Below are positions 9,655-19,840 of a stretch of DNA of 42,917 bases, piece after piece. Position 1 is the stretch's first letter, and the number at the start of each line of letters is the position of its first letter. Source of the DNA: Trichomonas gallinae (taxonomy: Eukaryota); the NCBI GenBank assembly GCA_008369845.1, contig MRSU01000908.1, forward strand, positions 1 to 42,917, given 5' to 3'. Below the pieces are notes generated by a model. That model did not search any database, had not been told where the DNA came from, and saw only the letters and a list, made by a program, of their open reading frames with translations. The position numbers and the translations under genes are program-made.

Positions 9655-9662
9655 AAAGTGAC
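9655..9662 (+). promoter_or_regulatory. AAAGTGAC, resembling the T. vaginalis M2 core-promoter motif
   Basis: Exact AAAGTGAC about 30 nt upstream of the SNARE ATG at 9692. The reverse complement GTCACTTT occurs twice upstream of the 22416 gene (22352, 22383). Confidence 0.5.
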
Positions 9663-9691
9663 AAATATTCTAAAAATATTTTAAAAATTTC

Positions 9692-10279
9692 ATGTCTGCC
9701 GAGTTCTACTCTGAAGAAATCAATAGAGTTGTCACAGAAGTCACCAATGACACCAAGAAGATGGATGCAGGTGAAATGCAATGGACAATTCCTGCAATTG
9801 ATAATATGATAGAAAAAATAAACGGAGCAAGGGATGCTCTTCAAGAATTAGAAAGCCAAATGGTTTTGGTATCTACTAATGAAAAGAATACATATCAATC
9901 CCTCATAACAAATTATTCAAAACAAATTGAAATGTTAGAAGAAAAACTCCAAATTAACAAGAAGAGAGTCAAAATACTTGGAAATGCAAGACCTGCAATC
10001 AAAGAGCGCCAAGAAGCTGTTTTATTAAACGAGACTAATCAAATCATGTTAGAGACAGTAGATATTGGAAATGGAATTCTTTCCTCGCTCAAGGACCAAA
10101 GGACAAAGTTATTAAACGTTCACGAAAATGTTACGGAAATTGATCATACTGTTGATGAGACAGGAAACGTTGTTTCCAGGATGTTTAAGCGCCACAATAA
10201 GAACAAGCTATTAACATATCTCGTTGTTTTCTTATTAGTTTTTGGAATATTATTGATATTATATCTCAAATTTACATAA
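9692..10279 (+). CDS. Qb-SNARE (Vti1/Gos1/membrin group), tail-anchored
   Basis: 195 aa: N-terminal helical bundle, SNARE motif LNETNQIMLETVDIGNGILSSLKDQRTKLLNVHENV, C-terminal TM anchor. Confidence 0.85.
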   Translation: MSAEFYSEEINRVVTEVTNDTKKMDAGEMQWTIPAIDNMIEKINGARDALQELESQMVLVSTNEKNTYQSLITNYSKQIEMLEEKLQINKKRVKILGNARPAIKERQEAVLLNETNQIMLETVDIGNGILSSLKDQRTKLLNVHENVTEIDHTVDETGNVVSRMFKRHNKNKLLTYLVVFLLVFGILLILYLKFT

Positions 10280-10312
10280 ATACTAATTGTTTGTATATAT
10301 AATAATATGTAT

Positions 10313-11638
10313 TTAAACAGAAAGATAATGTCCATTAATATTTCTAATGGAATTTTGGATAATGTCGTTTGTAACAATTTGCTCAGCAGCAAATTTCATC
10401 CAATCGCCAAAGAAGTCCGAATTTTGGATGTTGCTTGGAATCCATCTACGCTTTGTTGTAAATATTTTTCCACTATACCCGTCTTCGAGCTTAGTTTGAT
10501 TGAGCATATTCATAATAACATATTCAAGCTTTTCTGGGTATCTCTCCGCTGCATAAATTAAAGAAGCAGAAGAAAATTTAAAATCAACAATATTTCTAGG
10601 ATTATTTCTGCTTATGTGTGAGAAAATATCACAGTTAGCTACAGATGAATCACCATTGAAATTTAAAGAAAACCCGTTTTTTGCGAAAAGCATTTTTGCG
10701 TGTTCTATTTCAAAAACGATATTAGATGGGTAGTTAGAGTCAACTTTTTTATCTAATGCCTCTAATCTAAGTTGAATTTGTTCGTGCGGATTAATTAAAT
10801 TTGAAATTGCAAGAATTCTGTAGTAATCAATCAAGTTTTTATCGAAGTTGTACAGATTTTTGTCTGAATTAGCACTCAATGTTCTATAGTTTATAAAGTT
10901 ATTAATTTTTGAATCTAGTTTTGCGAGTTGTGATATTGTATATAAGGCAGAGTTCTGGAATTTTTCATCTCCTGTAATCTTCGTTAAAGTTAATAGCTCT
11001 GGAACACCAGAAATTATTGATGAAATCGGAACTGTTGTGTTTAACCAATCTGGGTTTGAGGAAGCTTGTTTTCCTAAGTGTACATACATTGGATATCGAG
11101 TTTTTTGTATTGAAAGTAGTGAATCAGCAAGATTTAAAGCTAATTTAATAAAATCTTTGTCTTGTGTAAGATGAAAAGCTCCAATAAGTCCACCAATGCA
11201 TCTATTCCAGAATTCAGCTCTATTTATCCAATTTAAATTCGATATCTGTAAATTTTCCATAACAATTGATTTCGCCTTTTTAAATTCGTTTTTCAATCCA
11301 AGAATATATAACAACTCGAGAGATTCCACTGCTGTTGCTACAAAACCAAAAGAATTATGGCATTTTTTGGTTTTCGGCTGAATTTCGTCTGATTTAGGAC
11401 AGTTATCTGCGTAAATATTAAATGCTCGCGCTGTTTCTTGAACTACAAGCTGAGCTAAGTCATTTTTCTGCAGTTCTGTATGAAAAGATTTTGTTGTTTT
11501 GATATGATAATTAGATGTATTTCTTTTCCTCGTGAAATTCATAACAACGAAGGTAATGGATACAGAAAAAACTATAATGAAGACGTATTCAGCGACTTTT
11601 CTAATGAAAGACCTTTTAAATAATTTTGGCTGCGACAT
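10313..11638 (-). CDS. Type II membrane GH47 (alpha-1,2-mannosidase)-like protein, catalytically divergent
   Basis: N-terminal signal anchor. GH47-like segments DEIQP, GFVATAVESLELLYILGLKNEFKKA, EFWNRCIGGLIGAFHLT, C-terminal QNSDFFGDWMKF...NGH. Confidence 0.8.
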   Translation of the reverse strand: MSQPKLFKRSFIRKVAEYVFIIVFSVSITFVVMNFTRKRNTSNYHIKTTKSFHTELQKNDLAQLVVQETARAFNIYADNCPKSDEIQPKTKKCHNSFGFVATAVESLELLYILGLKNEFKKAKSIVMENLQISNLNWINRAEFWNRCIGGLIGAFHLTQDKDFIKLALNLADSLLSIQKTRYPMYVHLGKQASSNPDWLNTTVPISSIISGVPELLTLTKITGDEKFQNSALYTISQLAKLDSKINNFINYRTLSANSDKNLYNFDKNLIDYYRILAISNLINPHEQIQLRLEALDKKVDSNYPSNIVFEIEHAKMLFAKNGFSLNFNGDSSVANCDIFSHISRNNPRNIVDFKFSSASLIYAAERYPEKLEYVIMNMLNQTKLEDGYSGKIFTTKRRWIPSNIQNSDFFGDWMKFAAEQIVTNDIIQNSIRNINGHYLSV

Positions 11639-11703
11639 TATAATTATTTGACACTTTACATGACAAAAATCGAAAATGTGACAAAATAAAAAAAAATATA
11701 ATT

Positions 11704-14559
11704 TTATTCATCAAACCTAACCATTAAGTGCATTAAGTAATATAACGGGATCTGTTCTTTGACAATCTTTGCGAAGTAAGCGCCTTGCATGGTCTTATCG
11801 GCTTTGGATGAATCGACAAGATTGGAGATGTATGTAATAGATGTGCTGCCATCCTGCTCTTGATGTACTAATGCCGGCAACAATTCAGCATATACTGAAA
11901 TCTTATTGGCAATATAAGAGAAAACTTCTTGGATGAACTTTGGAACGAATATTTGATTTACAGCAGCTATCTTACCTTGTGTGGATTGATCGAATGGCGC
12001 ACCTTCTTCCATGAGTGATTGAATATTCTTGAATGCATTTGAGAAGAGGCTAAGATGGATTCTGACGCAGTTTGTAATTGCAATATTCCATGCAGCGATA
12101 TTCGGGTGGAAGGACGGTGCGAAGAACCAATAGAATGTGCCACGAGCAAGATATGTGGCTCTGTTGAGATCGACGTCTTCGACACCGTTGACTTTAGAAG
12201 CTGTACCTGACCAGAAGCTCGCCATCTTGAAAAGGGCAATCTTGTAGATCTCTGGGCAGTCGTATCTTTCTGCAAGGATCTGGTCATGAATGAAAATGCC
12301 GAAGTTATCAAGATTACCTTCGAATTGACCAAGGGTACTTCTATAGCCATTGAAGAATTCGAGGCCGTTTGTGATGAGTGGAAGAACATATTCCTTGAAT
12401 GTTGGTGAGTTTGTTGGGACGTAGCGTGCACATGCTATGAACATTTGGAACTGCTCTTGAAGCATTGGAATGTTCTGTGCTGTCCAATCCTGATTTACAA
12501 TTAAGTGCGCGTTGTTCTTTGCCTTGTCATCAGGGGAATCGTGCGTTCTAATAAACTCACTCTGGGATGATGCTGTCTGGAGGAGATCGAAGAATGCAGC
12601 GTGGGTTGAAGAAAGAGTTCCGCATACTTCAAGGAAGTTTGGAATGAAGTCTGGGATAACGAAAAGAGCGATGGGCTTGAATGCAGAGATCCAGTTGTGG
12701 AGGTGGATGACGCGATTGTTCTGGTAGAAGTCCATGAGGTATTGGCTGACTTGCTCAGCGAAATTGTCATCAAGAATTCTTGGGAGGTTGGAGAGCCAAA
12801 TGAGAGTGTTGTTAACGCTGATAGTAGCATTACTTCTAATGTGCTCGAGAATTGGTTGACCAATTTGGGCGAAGCCTTCTGGAGGAATAATAGCCATGAG
12901 GGCAGCAGCGAGCTTAACTGCTGACTTTGTTGACTTATCATCGACGACAATATTTTGAATGAATTGATCAATGCCGGCGAGGTTTTCAATGTTCGGCTGT
13001 GCCTGAAGGACAAACTTTGTGAGGATCTTTGCGATTTCTTCTTTCTGAGCGTACTGAGGTGAAGTTGAGGTTACATTTGACATGGCATTATAAGCGTTGT
13101 AAAGGGTGTGATAGCACAATGGATAATATTGTTCGACTTCTTGTGGCTCCTTAACACTGATGTACTCGATGGGGAGGATAACATGAGGATAATATTCTGG
13201 CGGAATTGCATCTCCAGTCTGGGCCACTTGACCCAAAATATCAGCAAATTGTTCAAATATTTGATCTGTTTGTTGTTGGATGTTTGTATTATTGTGGGCA
13301 GGAATGAAGAGTGCGAAAATAGCGTGCATTGTGAATTCATCTTGTGGGTTTTGGAGCCTTTCAGCGATCCAGTTGACAACGTCCTGTTGCTGAGCTCTGG
13401 CAAGATAGTTCGACATGATTTCCTGCATTTCATCGATGACAGTTGTTTTGAGAAGGATTGGCTTGTTAATATTCAAATCTTGATTTATGTTATATTGTGG
13501 ATTCAAGTACTGTGCCATTCTTGTGCAGATTAAATCGAGGAGAACAATAAGATGCTCGCCTGAAACGAGGCGTGCAATTCTCGATAATACGCGGATAACA
13601 GATAAGGTAACCTCGTCATTATTAGGCTGTGGGAAGATGGTATATTTTTCTGGGTTGAAGAAGAAACCAGCGAATTCCAAGAATTGACTGATTGTTTCAG
13701 GATTATGATTGTCTACTAACATAAGAATTGCAGCAACTTCGAAAAGATGGGCTTGTGACTCGAAGAGACTTCCATAAACTTTGGCGAAGTTTGGTGCCTG
13801 GGTATCTTCCATTTCGTGCATAACAAGACCCTGAAGAAGTTCCATTTCTCCAAGATATGCTCTGTTTGCAGAGATAATCTCAGCATAAATTAAGCATGGA
13901 TACTGAATCAATTTTTCACTCTGGACCTGGCCTAAAAGGCTATTGACTGCATCTTGATAGGTAGAATACCAATCCGGAGGATACCAACGGCAAGTATATA
14001 ATAAGGCTCTGCATGCTGGTTCGGAAGGTTGCTCAGTGCTGATGGCCTGAATCAATTTCTCAATAAATGGTTGACCGAAATTTTGATTGAATATTTGTTT
14101 GGCTTGAATATGTTTTTCGAGGTTCAAAGGAGAAGGATATGCGAACTTTTCTGCAAATTTTTCTGCGAATTTGATGAAATCTTCTGGTTGTAAATTAAAA
14201 TATGAACTGATAACATTTGGATTACCATTTAATAAGGTTTGGAGTGCGTAGGAGCTTCTAAGATCTGCAAGCTGTTCTGGCATTGCATTGAAAGAATTAG
14301 CCTGATCAGGAGAACAGATCTCTTCGATTTTATTAATTACGTTTGGATCCATTTCAGAGTAGGCGGATGATATAACCCAATCAGCAGCATAGCTGCAAAC
14401 CTTTTTCTTACCGCCTGCACCAAGTTGATCGTAATTGTAAATATATCCTTGCAATTCTTGAATATTAGACTTGACTTTTTGCTCAAGGAGTTTAACTCTT
14501 ATATTATCTTGTAGATTTGCTGAATCTTCTAATCCATTCGGATTAAATCCTTCCGACAT
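11704..14559 (-). CDS. Large all-helical hypothetical protein (possible karyopherin/HEAT-like solenoid)
   Basis: 951-aa ORF with strongly biased codon usage and a TAAA stop. Amphipathic helical pattern throughout; family not recognised. Confidence 0.75.
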   Translation of the reverse strand: MSEGFNPNGLEDSANLQDNIRVKLLEQKVKSNIQELQGYIYNYDQLGAGGKKKVCSYAADWVISSAYSEMDPNVINKIEEICSPDQANSFNAMPEQLADLRSSYALQTLLNGNPNVISSYFNLQPEDFIKFAEKFAEKFAYPSPLNLEKHIQAKQIFNQNFGQPFIEKLIQAISTEQPSEPACRALLYTCRWYPPDWYSTYQDAVNSLLGQVQSEKLIQYPCLIYAEIISANRAYLGEMELLQGLVMHEMEDTQAPNFAKVYGSLFESQAHLFEVAAILMLVDNHNPETISQFLEFAGFFFNPEKYTIFPQPNNDEVTLSVIRVLSRIARLVSGEHLIVLLDLICTRMAQYLNPQYNINQDLNINKPILLKTTVIDEMQEIMSNYLARAQQQDVVNWIAERLQNPQDEFTMHAIFALFIPAHNNTNIQQQTDQIFEQFADILGQVAQTGDAIPPEYYPHVILPIEYISVKEPQEVEQYYPLCYHTLYNAYNAMSNVTSTSPQYAQKEEIAKILTKFVLQAQPNIENLAGIDQFIQNIVVDDKSTKSAVKLAAALMAIIPPEGFAQIGQPILEHIRSNATISVNNTLIWLSNLPRILDDNFAEQVSQYLMDFYQNNRVIHLHNWISAFKPIALFVIPDFIPNFLEVCGTLSSTHAAFFDLLQTASSQSEFIRTHDSPDDKAKNNAHLIVNQDWTAQNIPMLQEQFQMFIACARYVPTNSPTFKEYVLPLITNGLEFFNGYRSTLGQFEGNLDNFGIFIHDQILAERYDCPEIYKIALFKMASFWSGTASKVNGVEDVDLNRATYLARGTFYWFFAPSFHPNIAAWNIAITNCVRIHLSLFSNAFKNIQSLMEEGAPFDQSTQGKIAAVNQIFVPKFIQEVFSYIANKISVYAELLPALVHQEQDGSTSITYISNLVDSSKADKTMQGAYFAKIVKEQIPLYYLMHLMVRFDE

Positions 14560-14809
14560 TATATAATTTTGAAATGACGGTTTTTTTGTGGCTCATTAGA
14601 AAATTGACTTGTTAAATTTATGTGAGATTAGAGATAGTTATAATATGTAATATGGATTTTTCGAGTTTTTGATCGATTAACTCCGATTTTTCGATAAAAG
14701 TAAGGGACATAATTGTAATTTCTGCATAGATTTAACACCCACATAGGCTGGAATTACAAAAAAGAAAAAATAGTCAACAACTTTTCTATCGAAAGTATCA
14801 AAATTATAA

Positions 14810-14920
14810 CCTTAATTTAAAGGGCCAATGTTGAAGCTGAAAAAATCGTACACGACAATGCTGATGGACAGTTCTCGTTGCCATAATATGAGGAACATTG
14901 TGAAGTATATGAATCTCTGA
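14810..14920 (+). pseudogene. Ankyrin-repeat relic
   Basis: RANVEAEK (frame of 14821) joined across an A-run to KSYTTMLMDSSRCHNMRNIVKYMNL (frame of 14828) resembles the ankyrin consensus GANVEAKxxxGYTPLMxASxxxxxEIVKYLIS. Confidence 0.45.
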
Positions 14921-15585
14921 ATATTTATTAAATTTTTCTAAATAATATCCCAAAATTAAAAGCAACATTTTTTAACTGCTTGATGGGATAGTTTTGCGCT
15001 TACAAATATTGGTAAGAATGCGAATCAACGTATATATTTCAAATATTAAAAACGAGATTTTTATTTCTCGAAATATTCTTTTTAAAATATATATCCAGTA
15101 TGTTATGCATAATTATAATGTATTAATAGTATAACCATGTGACAAAGTTTTAATTATGTATTTATATCAAAATAACTTCGTTTTGACGATTTCAGAAAAT
15201 ATAGTATCATTTTTTGACCATCTTGCTCCTTCAAAATATAGCTTAATATTACGAAAAATCGTGTTTTTAAGATCAATTTTTGAGGAGTCTAATCGGAGTA
15301 TAATTTAGATATAGCTCAATTGTATATGAAAAATTTCTAATTCGCAGAAATTGTTAAGGATATGAACTATATCTATTAATATACATTTCATCCCAATGTA
15401 TTGCATCGATGCAGTTAAAAGATAATTAACTCAGCCATTTTTGTTTTGCGTTCCACTTTTCATTCCTGACAATTCATAAAGTGAAGTTCTCTTTTTTTTT
15501 TTGAAAAATAAGCACAATATTATGCTGATGGCATATACATGTCTTGAACAAAACCGACATGGATGATAAAATAAAATGAAAGTGT

Positions 15586-15726
15586 TTATTTTTCCTCTTG
15601 TTCTTTCTTCGAGCTTGAGCTGGAACTAGACTTAACTTTCTTGCACTTCTGGATGCCACCGAGTGCAAAGAGCCAAATGCAGACGATGATAAATCGCCTG
15701 CGTATGATATGTGGAGCATCAGTCAT
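15586..15726 (-). CDS. Small 46-aa single-TM protein, or the 3' remnant of a membrane-protein gene
   Basis: MTDAPHIIRRRFIIVCIWLFALGGIQKCKKVKSSSSSSKKEQEEK*. GC-richer island within an AT-rich spacer, TAAA stop. Below the ORF-track length cutoff. Confidence 0.5.
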   Translation of the reverse strand: MTDAPHIIRRRFIIVCIWLFALGGIQKCKKVKSSSSSSSKKEQEEK

Positions 15727-16369
15727 AGTTGATATTGTGCACAATCGAGCAAATCAATCATAGTTCTAACTCTATTATAATAACAAATGATTTTTTATTG
15801 ATGTTTTAAATTTATTTTGATAAATGAGAGCACAACTGATCGCTCCATTAAATGAATGAGACAGAAATGTAAAAATATTGTTATTCAATACAAATCAATG
15901 ATTAAATTTAGCAATAAGTGTGCTTTGTATAAATATACTAATGATATCAAAATCATCACAACTTTTTGTAATACTAAGACTTCCACACGCAAGTTTTGAA
16001 TGTAATATTGTATTTTTTTTCTAATTTAACAATCATCAAAGCTCCAAACGATTTAAATTATATTTTTGAGATTAATATGCGATATTCATGTTCTTAATCA
16101 TAGTTGTTTACATAGAAAATTATCAATACTCAATGTAAAATGAGCAAATTAGATTGAATAAACCATTATACAAGATTATTTGATGTTTTGTATGATTTAT
16201 GGCCCCTAAAAACAAACATATAATCAAATATAAAAATATCTGACCAATTCTTGCGAATAATAGCAAATTATGAGCGAAAAACTTCGTTACTCAGGCCATT
16301 TTATTCCAATGCGCTAATAATTTTAGTTATACACCGTAAAAAAGCAAAAAGTAATACGTTAAAGCTAGA

Positions 16370-19300
16370 ATGAATGAAGATTTTGTTATACAGGAGCTTT
16401 CCAGCAGAGAACTCGCTGCAAAAATATCTGCAATTCTCGAAATAACGGAAGCCTGCGAAAATTCATCTCTTTCTGAAGAGTTTTCGAAAAACATATTTCC
16501 GTCTGTGAGTAATTGTCTTAAAAATAGCCACGCACAAGTCAGAAATGGAAGCATCAAGATTGTTCATTACATTTTATCACATCACTTCGACAAAATTCAA
16601 TATCCTGCCCAGCCTTTACAATCCTTATTCTTCCAATTTGTTCCAAAAAATGAAGATTACCTAGAAATGATAAAAGAATCGATCTCTATAATCATAAAAC
16701 AAGCAAATCCATTCGATTGGGCCGAAATTTTAGAAAAAACAGTTTTGAAGTCGTTAAATAAGCAACTTAGGCTCTTTCTAATCGGATTAATGCGCGAAAT
16801 ACCTCTTCTCCTTGCAAATGATAAATACATAACCCTCCTAGAAGATACAAACTTTGATATTGCAATCGAAGCTCAGACGTTACTTCAATTTTATTCCGCA
16901 AAAGAGATAAGGTACATCGTCAGCAAGATATACTACTCGAATAAGATGCCTGAAAAGAACAAACAGGCGATTTTGAAACTTTCGAAAGAAATTTACGAGA
17001 AAGCTAAAGGAGTTATCGAGTCACCAAAGTCACCAAGGAGGCACGAAATCCCAAGGTACATACACGAGATATTAGATTTGATTTCCAACAGAACGGAAAG
17101 AATTTCAATCCTTGAACTTCAAAATCGCTCGCCGAGGAAGCGCGGCAGCAACATGGCTAATAATTCGTCATTCGCACGTGATGGAAATCAGTCAAACATC
17201 GAAATTCGATTCAACGAAAATGGCCAAGAAAACAACGAATTTTCGCAATTTAACAGCGAGAACGACTTCAATTTCGACGACGAAAAGTCCTCGCAGCTGG
17301 ATAAGCGCTCAATCGACAACGACTACACGAGCAAGATATCCACAATTAATCCGGAATTCCCATCTCCTGTGCAGACGCACTCTCAGGATCATGACTTCGA
17401 CGACCAGATATCATCGAACATTTTGCAGAATTCTTTCTCGGACGGAAGAAACTCGCCGCTGCAGAATCGCAGGGCGTCTTCTGATTTATCGCAGCAGCAG
17501 GAAAGCATGCCAATTCCAAGGTTCTTGAGCGGACAAATGAACAGAACAAAAACAGATTTCGACACAGACAAATCTGGCTCTTTTTCGCAGAACCAGCAGA
17601 ACTCATCAACAAAATCGCCAAACTCGAAATCAAGCAAAATGAATCAGCGAAATTCAAACATCAAAGAAGGAAAGTCGCCAAAATCATTGACAAAATCACC
17701 AAATTCGAAATCACAAATCTCAGTAACAAAATCACCAAACTCGAATTCGCCAAAATCATTGACAAAATCACCAAAATCGAATCTTAAGAATCAAGAAAAT
17801 TCGAATTTAGAAAAATCATATCAAGAAGGTTCAAGTTTGCAAAAATCAAATCTCAGAAGCAAAGAAAAATCAAATAATAAGAATTCAAACATAATGATTC
17901 AAGAAGGTTCAAGTCTGCAAAACTCGAAATCAAAACAAAGCCAGCAAAATTCCGCTCAATATTCGAGGCTGCAGTTTGATTATGAAGAGGATTATGAGGA
18001 AGATGACGAAGAGTTTCTTATTTCATCAGCTATTGAAAAGGACGGAGATTATCCATCAGCCATCGTCCAAGATAACGAAAGGAATCAGACGAATTTCGGC
18101 AACAGCGAACTTATTGACCCTGAGCTTCTTGAAGATAACGGCTTCAATGATGGATTCGAGGAGTCTTACCGCACAGAATTCAGCAAATACGCAGACCTCC
18201 CAATCAAGCTTCGCAATCTTGGGAATCACAGCTGGATAGAAAGATGCTCGTATTTGGAATTAATACAGAAGCACGTAAATGAGCACGAGCTTACTGAAGA
18301 CTACGGAGAAGTACTCGACAGTATTTTGTCTGCTGCCTATCCACTGCATTTCAGAGTGACAAAATTGCTGAATCATCTGGCGGCAACATTGATTTCTTTT
18401 CATCCTGAAAGTCTCGAGAAAACAAAAATCAAACTATTGGCTTATGTTACTTCAGGAGCCATACAAAAGATCACGATTGACAACGAGCTGATCAAGGCAA
18501 TTACATCAGAGATGCAGCCTTCCGATATTATAGACAGCATCGTTGATGTCATCGACGATTATCCAAAGAGCGGACCATTCGCCATCGACTTGGTTCTCGT
18601 TTCTCTCACAACAGCAAATAAAGAAATTGTTCTCAACAAGCAAAGCTGCACACGCTTCCTTTGCTATGTTCTCTATGAGTGCAAAGTCCCCGAAGTTGAG
18701 CATAGAGTTTATTCGATTATCGCGAGAACGAATCAGGAAATATTTGCTTCTTTCGCGTCAAAGCAGACTTTCTCGAATCGCGCAAAGCTTTCTAAGTATA
18801 TTGTTAAGAAATCTCAGCCATCAACGCCAAAGAAATCACCAATGAAGTCCAATCTTTCCATGTCAACAAACGAAGCATCAATGGCAATGGATTCAATCAC
18901 AATAGAATTGTCGAAGAAAACAGATATAGATTTTGACGAACTTGAAATTGCATTTTCGAAAGTGAAGATTCTGAATTTCAGCCACTTGACTTTGCTGTTC
19001 CAGAAATTCCTCACCTGCTGCAGCTTCGTGAGTGCAGATGAGATAACTGAGAACTGTGAGTCGATCAGAGACATCTGCAAGCACAACTTCAAAGACTGCC
19101 AACTTATTCGCTTCCTTTCGAACGATCCACCAATAGAACTCGTCAGAGGATTGGCTGCTATTGCTACTCTGATGCCAACGACTGTCTTCGAAGGCTCAGA
19201 AATCTATCTACAGCCTCTCTACGATTACTTCGTTGAGGCGAATGGCAGCGATAGAAGATCGATTTGTGTTCTCTTCACAGCCATCCTCAAAACTGCTTCC

Positions 19301-19378
19301 TACGACATCCGCAAGCAGGAATTCGTATCTGAACAACACAAACTTGTGATCGACACATGTATGTCTAAACTTCTGTAA
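16370..19378 (+). CDS. HEAT/TOG-like (CLASP-like) protein with a central Ser/Pro/Asn-rich disordered linker
   Basis: N-terminal HEAT-like helices (CLKNSHAQVRNGSIK), second HEAT block starting NHSWIERCSYL, and a CLASP-like C-terminal SDRRSICVLF...HKLVIDT segment. Confidence 0.6.
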   Translation: MNEDFVIQELSSRELAAKISAILEITEACENSSLSEEFSKNIFPSVSNCLKNSHAQVRNGSIKIVHYILSHHFDKIQYPAQPLQSLFFQFVPKNEDYLEMIKESISIIIKQANPFDWAEILEKTVLKSLNKQLRLFLIGLMREIPLLLANDKYITLLEDTNFDIAIEAQTLLQFYSAKEIRYIVSKIYYSNKMPEKNKQAILKLSKEIYEKAKGVIESPKSPRRHEIPRYIHEILDLISNRTERISILELQNRSPRKRGSNMANNSSFARDGNQSNIEIRFNENGQENNEFSQFNSENDFNFDDEKSSQLDKRSIDNDYTSKISTINPEFPSPVQTHSQDHDFDDQISSNILQNSFSDGRNSPLQNRRASSDLSQQQESMPIPRFLSGQMNRTKTDFDTDKSGSFSQNQQNSSTKSPNSKSSKMNQRNSNIKEGKSPKSLTKSPNSKSQISVTKSPNSNSPKSLTKSPKSNLKNQENSNLEKSYQEGSSLQKSNLRSKEKSNNKNSNIMIQEGSSLQNSKSKQSQQNSAQYSRLQFDYEEDYEEDDEEFLISSAIEKDGDYPSAIVQDNERNQTNFGNSELIDPELLEDNGFNDGFEESYRTEFSKYADLPIKLRNLGNHSWIERCSYLELIQKHVNEHELTEDYGEVLDSILSAAYPLHFRVTKLLNHLAATLISFHPESLEKTKIKLLAYVTSGAIQKITIDNELIKAITSEMQPSDIIDSIVDVIDDYPKSGPFAIDLVLVSLTTANKEIVLNKQSCTRFLCYVLYECKVPEVEHRVYSIIARTNQEIFASFASKQTFSNRAKLSKYIVKKSQPSTPKKSPMKSNLSMSTNEASMAMDSITIELSKKTDIDFDELEIAFSKVKILNFSHLTLLFQKFLTCCSFVSADEITENCESIRDICKHNFKDCQLIRFLSNDPPIELVRGLAAIATLMPTTVFEGSEIYLQPLYDYFVEANGSDRRSICVLFTAILKTASYDIRKQEFVSEQHKLVIDTCMSKLL
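17609..17922 (+). repeat. In-frame internal repeats encoding TKSP(N/K)S and QEGSSLQ units
   Basis: 29-nt exact duplicate at 17675-17703 and 17747-17775. 24-nt near-exact duplicate at 17821-17844 and 17899-17922. Confidence 0.85.
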
Positions 19379-19840
19379 TTTTCTTTTCGATATCAAAAAC
19401 TATTTCACAATATATATATTTCTGTTCTATTAATAATAAAATTATTTTTTCTGTCCTAATATTGGTGGAATTATGAATAATGTTTGAAATCAAATTTAAT
19501 TTCCAAAACCAAAATAGATAATTGGTGAAACAATAAATAGATAGTTGAATTGAAGATTATTATGAATGAAATATTGAATAACAAGAAAATATTTTTATTT
19601 CAATGGTATTTTCATCAAATATGGAAATATAAGAAGCGAATCTATTATGTCTTGCATCTCATAAAGAAATAGTTTGTTTTGTTTGTTCCATTCCTAAATG
19701 AATCATTGAGATAATTGAATTTTTCATATTTTTGCATTGAAATATCTGATTTTTATTTGAAAAATCGATTATTTATGCGTTATATATTGGTATATTCGAA
19801 TAAAAACGAATATGATGAAAATAACGAATTTATAAAAAAA

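Noticed and set aside
15474..15719. 81-aa minus-strand ORF in the ORF track
   Set aside because: The overlapping 46-aa frame has better protein-like structure and a TAAA stop at the GC/AT boundary; this frame runs on into AT-rich spacer.
19715..19840. TTG-initiated N-terminal extension of DNAI7
   Set aside because: Intergenic-like AT-rich composition, and a good in-frame ATG exists at 19841.
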